From Vulcanisaeta sp. AZ3 (GTDB lineage Archaea; Thermoproteota; Thermoprotei; Thermoproteales; Thermocladiaceae): a DNA stretch of 44,887 bases. The stretch is from assembly GCA_000960865.2 (NCBI GenBank), contig JZWU02000012.1:1-44887 (forward strand). Reading direction: 5' to 3'. Below are positions 28,395-36,003 of the stretch, piece after piece (within the stretch, counting starts at the first letter, position 1; each line of letters begins with the position of its first letter). Below the pieces are notes generated by a model, which was not told where the DNA came from, ran no database searches, and was given only the letters and a program-made list of their open reading frames with translations. The position numbers and the translations under genes were made by a program.

Positions 28395-28940
28395 TTATTG
28401 TTGAATTGCTGACTTAAAAATGCCACTTTTATGTTGTGGGTTTTTGGTTAGTTCTGTAAGTATTTTATTTATGTCGTCTATTCGCTTGTTTAGTTCCTCA
28501 AATCTGTTGTTCATTTCGTTCATTAATTTATTGTATTGTTCGGTGAATGTTACGGTTATTGCATCAATCTTCTTACTCATTTCGTCGATTCTCTTATTCG
28601 TCTCGTTAATTCTTCTGTTTAATGAGTCATAGATAGTGTCTATTCTCTTGTTTGTTTCATTGATTCTATGATTTATCTCATCAATTCTCTTATTTAATGA
28701 ATCGTAAATTATGTCAGTTCTTTTATTTGTTTCATCGATTTTCTTACTTAATGTTTCGTTTAGTGTGTCGATTCTTTTGTTTGTTTCGTTTATTTCTGTT
28801 CTTAGGCTCCTTAATTCATCTGTAATTGAACCTAGGTATAGTATGAATATTTCCTCAACTCTTAGCTTCTTGCCCTCCTTAACCTTCCTAGCAATAACAT
28901 CAACCGCTGACTTCAGAGCTTCGGAGACAATAGGCTTCGT
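28395..28940 (-). CDS. PaREP-type coiled-coil repeat protein (start codon doubtful)
   Basis: ALKSAVDVIARKVKEGKKL..EEIFILYLG head followed by repeated (I)NETNKRID units, as in Thermoproteales paREP coiled-coil families. No ATG near the expected start. Confidence 0.65.
   Translation of the reverse strand, partial: TKPIVSEALKSAVDVIARKVKEGKKLRVEEIFILYLGSITDELRSLRTEINETNKRIDTLNETLSKKIDETNKRTDIIYDSLNKRIDEINHRINETNKRIDTIYDSLNRRINETNKRIDEMSKKIDAITVTFTEQYNKLMNEMNNRFEELNKRIDDINKILTELTKNPQHKSGIFKSAIQQ
28560..28800 (-). repeat. Degenerate coding tandem repeats (ETNKRID units)
   Basis: Repeated ATTCTYTTRTTYGTYTCRT-like DNA units on the + strand. Confidence 0.75.
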
Positions 28941-29036
28941 AATGGGGTTATTATGGTTAGGTGTTAAATAAATGCTTTCTTTATGGTGGATTAAGTAACT
29001 AGACAAACTTATAACTTGTGTTTTTCATTGTGGGTT

Positions 29037-29870
29037 GTGGGGAGGTTGCGTGGTTACTTGGCGATGGTTGGGGTTTTGGTTGCTTGGGGGTCTTCGTATT
29101 CGCTTACTAAGTTGGCTTTGAATTATATGTCTCCCTTTGTGTTGGCTATGTTTAGGTTTTTGCTTGGTGGTTTTGTGCTTGCGGTGGTTGGTGGTGGTGT
29201 GGTGTTTAGTCGTAAGTCTTTCATAAATGCGTTGCTTAATAGTGCTCTTTTTGTGGCTTTTCTTAATTTGGCTGTTGAGTATAGTGTGAATCCTGCCTTG
29301 GCTTCTGTGCTTATTTATACTCAGCCTCTCTTTGTGGTTTTATTGGCTTTGTTGTTTTATCGTGAGAGGCTTACGGTGTTTCAAATGATTGGTGTTGTTG
29401 TGGCTTTTGTGGGTTTACTTTTGACTGTTGGTATTACGGGTTTTGACCTTGGTGATGTTCTCTCGATAGTGGGTGGTTTTGTGTGGGCCTTGGGCACGCA
29501 TTATTATAGGAGGAATTTGGCTAATGAGGATTTAATACGGTTGAATGCAGCGTTGGGTCTTTACTCGGCGATTATTGACTCACCGCTTCTTGCTCTGAAT
29601 CCTGGTATTGATTTAACGTTTAATGCGTTTCTTTGGGGTGTGGTTACGGCTTTGGTGGCACAGGTGATGGGGTTTATACTGTGGTTTCTTGCTGTTAAGG
29701 ATTTGGGGCCTGTGACTGCTAGTTCTGTATCAATATTGGTTCCTGTTTCTGCCTTTGTTTTTGCTTATTTATTGTTGGATAGGGTGCCGACGGTTATGGA
29801 GGCTGTGGGCTCTGCAGTAACGTTAATTGGCGTTATGCTAACACAATTAAGGCGAAACCCTCAAACCTAG
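29037..29870 (+). CDS. DMT/EamA family transporter
   Basis: WGSSY..TK, P..LA..RF, YTQPLF, RERLT, P..A..FAYLLL; about 10 TM. Start between 29016 and 29064. Confidence 0.9.
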   Translation: MGRLRGYLAMVGVLVAWGSSYSLTKLALNYMSPFVLAMFRFLLGGFVLAVVGGGVVFSRKSFINALLNSALFVAFLNLAVEYSVNPALASVLIYTQPLFVVLLALLFYRERLTVFQMIGVVVAFVGLLLTVGITGFDLGDVLSIVGGFVWALGTHYYRRNLANEDLIRLNAALGLYSAIIDSPLLALNPGIDLTFNAFLWGVVTALVAQVMGFILWFLAVKDLGPVTASSVSILVPVSAFVFAYLLLDRVPTVMEAVGSAVTLIGVMLTQLRRNPQT

Positions 29871-29944
29871 TAATCACTTGGTGACTGATGAGCGGTGTTC
29901 AAGGTGGTTTGTAGATTTTGTTTGACTTGTGGTTGTCGTGATAA

Positions 29945-30586
29945 TTATAGGAATATTGTTGGGTCTTTCCTAAGGGCGGCGTCCCAGAACATGATCTCGA
30001 AATTAACACTATTCTTAAAGGCCTTCTCCATTTCAGGTGTTACCTCATACTTATCTAGAACCTTAAGCATAGCCTCAACTGGGGACCAATAATCCTCGGA
30101 GGCGTAGGCATTGGCCCATGTATTGTATAGTGGGTCTTTAGAGCCACGTGCATACTTACCAACCTCATAATAACCCCATGCACATGGGGTTAGGGCGGCT
30201 AGGAATTGAGGCCAACCTAAATGGGCGTAGTAATGAAGGTGTCTCGTGTATGCATAATTAATGAGATTAAAACCAGTCCTATTCACCTCATCCTCAGTTA
30301 TTGAGAGCTCAGAGAAGAGCTTCTCATGAGCCTCAACAACCTCCTTCTTAGCGCCGCCGAGCATGGTTGGTAGTAAACTCACGGCGTCCTCGAGGGGAGC
30401 CCTACTAGCTGCCTCTATCATGGATGATTGCATCTCCCTAACGTACTTTAGATCCTGGATTAAGTAATACCTAAATACGTCCCTTGGCAGTGAACCATTC
30501 TTTAACATCTCAACAAATTCATGCTTTACGTATTTATCCCACAAATCACCAACAAGTTCTCTTAATTTTTCATGAGTAGTTGCCAT
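29945..30586 (-). CDS. tenA: TenA family thiaminase II (thiamine salvage)
   Basis: H.FV..L..G.L, YLIQD..Y, YAYTRHL, PCAWGY (catalytic Cys present), E.MFWD. Confidence 0.9.
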   Translation of the reverse strand: MATTHEKLRELVGDLWDKYVKHEFVEMLKNGSLPRDVFRYYLIQDLKYVREMQSSMIEAASRAPLEDAVSLLPTMLGGAKKEVVEAHEKLFSELSITEDEVNRTGFNLINYAYTRHLHYYAHLGWPQFLAALTPCAWGYYEVGKYARGSKDPLYNTWANAYASEDYWSPVEAMLKVLDKYEVTPEMEKAFKNSVNFEIMFWDAALRKDPTIFL

Positions 30587-30600
30587 AACAACTCAGTTAT
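30585..30600. promoter_or_regulatory. Palindromic operator-like site at the tenA start
   Basis: ATAAC-N6-GTTAT overlapping the start codon, downstream of a TATA-like element (~30616-30623 on the minus strand). Confidence 0.45.
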
Positions 30601-30625
30601 TGTTCAATAATAACTTATTTAAGTT

Positions 30626-31366
30626 TTATTTAGCTTGAGGGCATTTTTGGTATAGGTCGTTAATGACTTCGAGGGGGTTCACCTCAATAATCCTCCTCCT
30701 AACGTACTTAATAGGCGCGCCACTCCTCCTATCAACACCCATTAACTCAACTCTAGACCTCACTAGGCATGTGCCGAGGGATTCCCAGGAAAGTTTAGCA
30801 CCACCTAATGCCTTAATGACATTGTTTATATGTGGTGTGGCGTTGCGGGGTATTAAACTACCTCTTTGGGCGATTTCAACGTGGTAATTATTAAAACCAA
30901 CCCTAACTCTATAAAGCAAGTACCTCAAAATATCATTGCAGGAGTCCCTTAGGGGGATAACCCTAGCGTCAAAATAAAGAACCCTACTAAGCGCGGAACT
31001 AACAACAGCAGAGGCTAAACCAGCCATGGAGCTGACGAGCTTAAATTCACGACCACCAAAAGGCACATAACTCAATAAAAACACACTCAACTCATCACTA
31101 ATAACAAGAGCAAGATCACTAGAGAATCGCCTCATCAACTCCTTAGCGGCAGAGATTAAGGCCTTGTGAACTGTATCGTCCCTGGGCCAGGTAAAACCAG
31201 CCAGGGCTTTACCGAAACTTGCGCCGTCAAGTCTAACAACTAGGGGAGGACTAACAATACTACTAACAACCCTTGAATCAAAGTCCTTACCTAAACCAAC
31301 GACATCCACATTCAGTAGGGTGTCAGCGCGCAGAACTTTATCCTCACTGTTCAGATCCGTCCCCAC
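30626..31366 (-). CDS. thg1: tRNA(His) guanylyltransferase Thg1 family (Thg1-like protein)
   Basis: VVRLDG..F, SDELS, PFGGR..KL.S, FDARVI. Confidence 0.88.
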   Translation of the reverse strand: MGTDLNSEDKVLRADTLLNVDVVGLGKDFDSRVVSSIVSPPLVVRLDGASFGKALAGFTWPRDDTVHKALISAAKELMRRFSSDLALVISDELSVFLLSYVPFGGREFKLVSSMAGLASAVVSSALSRVLYFDARVIPLRDSCNDILRYLLYRVRVGFNNYHVEIAQRGSLIPRNATPHINNVIKALGGAKLSWESLGTCLVRSRVELMGVDRRSGAPIKYVRRRIIEVNPLEVINDLYQKCPQAK

Positions 31367-31595
31367 TACATCACCCGTAAATAGTGATAGGAACCCTTAC
31401 TTAAACTTCTTATCTTCATGGAAATATGCTTGGGTAGGGTGTTATTGTGTTTTCTTTGTCACTCCCTTGGTTGGTTCTATTAGTATTTTGTATGTTTCAT
31501 CTATCTTCGTTTAGGACTCCCCTTAGGCTGTGGCTGCTGGTGTTAATATTGACTCCACATCTCGTATGTAGGCTTTGGCATTTAATAGGGTTTTA

Positions 31596-32315
31596 TCATG
31601 GTTTTACATTCGTTAATGCATTTATCACTGCCCTGCCAATCTTTTCCACAATTGGTTTTAACTCCTCAGCCGTTAGGTACTTACTGTCCCTGCCCTGGGT
31701 TAGGTTGTTAGATACGATGAGTACTGCTCCTGTTTTTACGCCTCTCACTAGGCCTAGTAGGTATAGTATTGCTGTCTCCATCTCGATGCTGAGTATTCCC
31801 CTGGTGCTTAGGGTGTTGGTTATGTTCTCCTCTGCGTAGAAGGCGTCGCTGCTGTATATTGGTCCTATCCAGGTTTTTATGTTCGTCTTTGTTATGTTTT
31901 GTATTAGCTCGGTGAGTATTGCGTGATTTGGTATGGCTGGGTAGATTATGCTTGTCCCTAGGTATTGTGCGTATATGCCTCCTGCGTTATAGGCTGCTCC
32001 TGTCGGTATTACCACATCCCCTAGCCCTATTTCTTCTCTTACGGCTCCTGTGGTTCCTAACCTTATTATTATCTTGGCGCCTACTTGTATTAATTCCTCT
32101 ATTGCTATGGCGGCTGATGGTGCCCCTATTCCATGCGTTGCTATTGTGATTTTTGTCTCACCGTAGTACCCCGTGTATGATATGAGACCTCTGTTTTCAT
32201 TTACGAGTCTTGCATTATTTAGTAATTGGGCCAGTTGCTCTGCCCTGGCTGGATCGCCAACTATTATGACTCTCTCCGCCACGTCCTCCGGCCTAGCCCT
32301 TATGTGGATTAGCAT
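31596..32315 (-). CDS. Purine nucleoside phosphorylase (DeoD/Udp type; MTAP-I-like)
   Basis: GDPARA, HGIGAPSAAIAIEEL, RLGTTGA, SSDAFY, EMET. Confidence 0.92.
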   Translation of the reverse strand: MLIHIRARPEDVAERVIIVGDPARAEQLAQLLNNARLVNENRGLISYTGYYGETKITIATHGIGAPSAAIAIEELIQVGAKIIIRLGTTGAVREEIGLGDVVIPTGAAYNAGGIYAQYLGTSIIYPAIPNHAILTELIQNITKTNIKTWIGPIYSSDAFYAEENITNTLSTRGILSIEMETAILYLLGLVRGVKTGAVLIVSNNLTQGRDSKYLTAEELKPIVEKIGRAVINALTNVKP

Positions 32316-32318
32316 GCC

Positions 32319-33410
32319 TCACCCCCTCATGTCCATTACTGGTGTTAATCCAAAGTCGCCCATGTCCACCTCACTCTCATTGCCTGGGTATGGTATTAGT
32401 CTAAGTCCTAGGGTTCTCTGTTTTATTCTTGATATTGTGTGTAGGTCTTGTATGAGGTTTGGTATTTTGTTGATTTGCCCTGCTGGTATTGGTATCATGT
32501 CTATCCCTGCCACGCAGGCTGTTGTGTAATTCATGAGTTTTGCGAAGGTTACAAGTCCCTCCCTGACCCTGGCCTTTAACTCCTCATCCTCTGCTAATGG
32601 TAGCATTACTTCGTTGAATCCAGTAGCTCTTATGCTTGTCATTGCTTCCCAAATGTTCCTATTTATGTTGTATACTGCGTTTAGTGTTCCTAGATCTCCA
32701 AATTTTATTCCATGTGTCTCCTCAATTACCTTAACCACGGAGTGCTTACCCCAGGGTGATAGGGATGTATCTATGCCTAGGTATTCAATGCCTAGTTCCT
32801 CGGCGATTTCCCTACCTATCCCCTCGGCCTTCTTAAATACTTCCCTCATGGTATCCGTGATCCTCTCCTTGCCATTCAATATGTCGTTTGTGTATAGTAG
32901 TGATAGGGCTATTCCATGCTTGTTGCTTATGTTTATGGAGTCTGGGTAGTAGGGTGTTAATATGGGGTTTCCGATGAGTGCTGCGATCCTCCTTGCCGTA
33001 TGCCATGCGTTTAATTCGACGAGTTTCTTCATTACTTCGGTATATAGTATGGTGTTGTTTTCGTCCACTTCCTTGGAATTTGCAACCCATATGCTCATGT
33101 ATGCCTCGCTTTTTAGGAATGCTGTGATGAATGTGTCAGTGCTTATTTTTGTGTTTATTGGTATGTTTAGGGTTGAGTGTATGTAACCCAGCTCCGTGGC
33201 AATCCTACCAATTGTTACTGCCAATTCCTCATAATCCTGGGTGGGTTCTATGAAGGGTAGTGTGAGTCTCCAGGTCCTAACCTCAATGCTGTGTTTTTCG
33301 GAGGTCTTGTTGATCGTATCCTTTAGTTTTGTTAGTTCGTTTTTGAGTTCGTTGGTTTCTATTTTGTTGTTTTCCGTGGGGTAGAATAGTGTTATGGCTC
33401 TTATTATCAC
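32319..33410 (-). CDS. DUF711 family protein
   Basis: IRAITLF, PYYP, GIDTSLSPW, GFNEVMLPLAED..L, CVAGIDMIPIP, LGLRLIP. Confidence 0.8.
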   Translation of the reverse strand: MIIRAITLFYPTENNKIETNELKNELTKLKDTINKTSEKHSIEVRTWRLTLPFIEPTQDYEELAVTIGRIATELGYIHSTLNIPINTKISTDTFITAFLKSEAYMSIWVANSKEVDENNTILYTEVMKKLVELNAWHTARRIAALIGNPILTPYYPDSINISNKHGIALSLLYTNDILNGKERITDTMREVFKKAEGIGREIAEELGIEYLGIDTSLSPWGKHSVVKVIEETHGIKFGDLGTLNAVYNINRNIWEAMTSIRATGFNEVMLPLAEDEELKARVREGLVTFAKLMNYTTACVAGIDMIPIPAGQINKIPNLIQDLHTISRIKQRTLGLRLIPYPGNESEVDMGDFGLTPVMDMRG

Positions 33411-33445
33411 GAATTACTCCTTGCTTTGGGCAATTAAAGTATTAA

Positions 33446-34369
33446 TTAATAATAATAGGTTATGTAGTGTATGTGTTCATTTATGAATACGCCCCTTGAG
33501 TAGGCTTGGCACACGTTCCTCAGCGGGCATTGGTCGCACTTTGGTTCGTTCATTATGCATGTGGTTCTTCCTAGTTTCCATAGGTTGTCGTCTAGGGCTA
33601 TTGGGTCTATTTTGCCTATTCTAATTACTGCGTCCCAGGCGTCTCTTACGGTTAGCCTCAGTCTTATATCGAGGTCTCTATCTACGTGTAGTCCGTGCTC
33701 AATTGTATCTTGAACCCAATTCTCGAGTCTCACTATTCCGAGTCTGTAGGCTATTCTGGCGAGGTGGTTGTCGATGGGTAGTTTTAGGTTGTTTGGTTTT
33801 ATTTTGATTAGTCCGCGGGATGTTAGGAATTTTAGGAGTAGGTATGCCTTCTTACTAACTGGGTCTTCATAAGCCGCCATTGTTGATAACCTATTAATCA
33901 TTTCCTCAACATTATCCCCACTGAAGAGTCTTGAGGCCGTGCCGAAACGACTAAGTACCTTAATCCCCACATCCTTGAGTAAGTGAGCCCTGACTCCATA
34001 GTCCCATATGGGTCCGTAATCGCCTGTCAACCAGTCCTTAACGATTATGGGATCTAACTTACTGAGTCTGAGGGGGTTGAAGAATTCTGGGTCTTTATTG
34101 TACATCTCCATGCCTAGTCTCCATAGTAGGTCTGAGCCTGTGTAGGTTTCATCACCGATCTTCCTGCTGAAGGTGTGGTTTCCTAGGTGGGTTCTGTGGT
34201 CTATGGCGACCATTGCTAGGAAGTAATTGAGTACTGAGTCCCCATAGGCGTCCCTAGGTGGGAAGTAGTGTGTATCGTACATGTCGGATCTATGTAGGTC
34301 TAGTGAGGATAGTGCCTTGGCCACCTCAATAATCCTATCTATGACTAGGTATGCTGGTACTTTAACCAT
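33446..34369 (-). CDS. HhH-GPD/Q-salvage-like glycosylase fold protein with C-terminal 4Fe-4S loop
   Basis: DPVSKKAYL, PIDNHLARIAYRLG, and GRTTC-X6-C-X2-C-X5-C (EndoIII FCL motif). Confidence 0.7.
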   Translation of the reverse strand: MVKVPAYLVIDRIIEVAKALSSLDLHRSDMYDTHYFPPRDAYGDSVLNYFLAMVAIDHRTHLGNHTFSRKIGDETYTGSDLLWRLGMEMYNKDPEFFNPLRLSKLDPIIVKDWLTGDYGPIWDYGVRAHLLKDVGIKVLSRFGTASRLFSGDNVEEMINRLSTMAAYEDPVSKKAYLLLKFLTSRGLIKIKPNNLKLPIDNHLARIAYRLGIVRLENWVQDTIEHGLHVDRDLDIRLRLTVRDAWDAVIRIGKIDPIALDDNLWKLGRTTCIMNEPKCDQCPLRNVCQAYSRGVFINEHIHYITYYY

Positions 34370-34420
34370 TCAATAACTCCAAGGTGTTATTATTTAGGTT
34401 TGCCCTTAATAAGGATTGGA

Positions 34421-34585
34421 TTAGTAATACTTACGGAAACCCAATTGCGGCGCAACCTCTCTGAAGCATCTCCTGCATAGGTATAATCCGTACATCCTAA
34501 TTACAGCCTCATGAGTACCACACCTCTGGCACCTAATCACAGCCCTACCGTACTTCCTCTGCTTGGGTGGCTTTATCTTTGCCAT
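34421..34585 (-). CDS. rps14: 30S ribosomal protein S14 (uS14, zinc-binding); not in ORF track
   Basis: Translates to [54 protein letters not shown] (54 aa). Confidence 0.96.
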   Translation of the reverse strand: MAKIKPPKQRKYGRAVIRCQRCGTHEAVIRMYGLYLCRRCFREVAPQLGFRKYY

Positions 34586-34664
34586 CCATGGATATGAGGA
34601 TTAACCCTATTAAAAACATAACTATCCGTAAAAACAAATAAAAAGATGGCAACAAACCCAACCT

Positions 34665-35639
34665 GTGGCCAGGGTAATCCTGAGTACTGTGGAATTGCCG
34701 AATAGGGCCCGTGAAACGCTTGGAGGGTTAGACGTTGAGATTTATGAGCTGCCAAAGCTTAGCGCGGAGGAGTTGAGTAATGTGTTGGCTAGGGCCGAGG
34801 TGTTACTATGTTGGTGCAGTAAGGAGTTCGACTTGGCCAGGATGATTACTCAAATGCCGAACCTGAGGGTTATACAGACGTTCTCCGCTGGTGTTGATCA
34901 TCTGCCCTTTAGCGTTATACCTAGGCATGTAAGGGTTTATAGCAATGCGGGAGCTTACTCAGTGCCTGTGGCTGAGCATGCCTGGGCCTTAATATTAGCC
35001 TTGGCCAGAGGACTTCATAGGCATACCCTAGACGCCAAGGAATATTTGAATGATGTATTTACTGCCCCTAGGAGTATGGTTGGCGCAACTCTACTGGTTT
35101 TGGGGACTGGTGGGATAGGTAGGGAGATTGCTAGAGTGGGGAAGCTGGGTTTTGGTACTCATAACATTGGTGTTAATAGGAGTGGTAGACCTGTGGAGTA
35201 CTTCGATGAGGTTTACCCAACGGATAGGTTGAGGGAGGTTTTGCCAAGGGCTGACATTATAGCCCTAGCCTTACCACTCACGAAATATACGAGGAAATTA
35301 ATTGGCGAGGGGGAGTTGAGGCTTGTTAAGGCGAATGCGATTATTGTTAATGTTGGGCGTGGGGATGTGGTGGATGAGGAGGCGTTGTATAAGGTGCTTA
35401 GGGAGAGGACTGACATTAGGTTTGGGACTGATGTGTGGTGGGTTCATGATGGGCATGAGGAAATACCGCCAAGAACACCATTAACAACACTGCCTAATTT
35501 CCTTGGGACGCCGCACATTGCTGGTGGGGCTCGGAGGGACGTGGCTGAGAATGCGATGGTCATGGCTGTGGAGAATGCGGCTAGGTACTTAAGGGGTGAG
35601 ACGCCGATGAACGAGGTTTCAATAAATGATTATAATTAA
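34665..35639 (+). CDS. D-isomer-specific 2-hydroxyacid dehydrogenase
   Basis: SAGVDH, VAEHA, LGTGGIG, LPLT..T, NVGRG.VVDE, DVWW, TPHIAG. Confidence 0.93.
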   Translation: MARVILSTVELPNRARETLGGLDVEIYELPKLSAEELSNVLARAEVLLCWCSKEFDLARMITQMPNLRVIQTFSAGVDHLPFSVIPRHVRVYSNAGAYSVPVAEHAWALILALARGLHRHTLDAKEYLNDVFTAPRSMVGATLLVLGTGGIGREIARVGKLGFGTHNIGVNRSGRPVEYFDEVYPTDRLREVLPRADIIALALPLTKYTRKLIGEGELRLVKANAIIVNVGRGDVVDEEALYKVLRERTDIRFGTDVWWVHDGHEEIPPRTPLTTLPNFLGTPHIAGGARRDVAENAMVMAVENAARYLRGETPMNEVSINDYN

Positions 35640-35700
35640 TGTGCATTAGAAGTGAGCATTGGACCACTCCTTTAAAAATAAGAATGGGTAGTATCAAGTA

Positions 35701-36003
35701 ATGACATTATTGAGTAGGGAGGAGTTTGAGAGGCTATTGCCAGAGGGTTGGAGGGTGGAGGATAATTATTTAGTCAGAGATGTGGAGTTTAAGACTTATA
35801 TGGATGGAATAAACTTCATTAATGAGTTGGCTAGGATAGCCGAGGCCGAGGAGCACCACCCAGACATAATAATTGTTTGGAAGCACATAACCCTTAGGTT
35901 AACGACCCATGATGAGGGTGGTATAACAGAATTAGACATAAGGATGGCGAATTTAATAAACGAATTAATTGATAAGTGGAGGGATAGGATTGAGGAGGCT
36001 TAG
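35701..36003 (+). CDS. Pterin-4-alpha-carbinolamine dehydratase
   Basis: AEAEEHHPDI and LTTHDEGGIT.LD. Confidence 0.92.
   Translation: MTLLSREEFERLLPEGWRVEDNYLVRDVEFKTYMDGINFINELARIAEAEEHHPDIIIVWKHITLRLTTHDEGGITELDIRMANLINELIDKWRDRIEEA

Noticed and set aside
28560-28800. Repeats as a possible CRISPR array
   Set aside because: Degenerate, in-frame coding repeats without unique spacers; no cas genes.
29885-29941. CTGATGA as a possible C/D sRNA
   Set aside because: Non-canonical C box and no CTGA D box downstream.
31440-31590. 130-aa + ORF and a stop-interrupted minus-strand peptide
   Set aside because: The + ORF overlaps PNP antisense and reflects G/T skew; the minus fragment matches no family I recognise.
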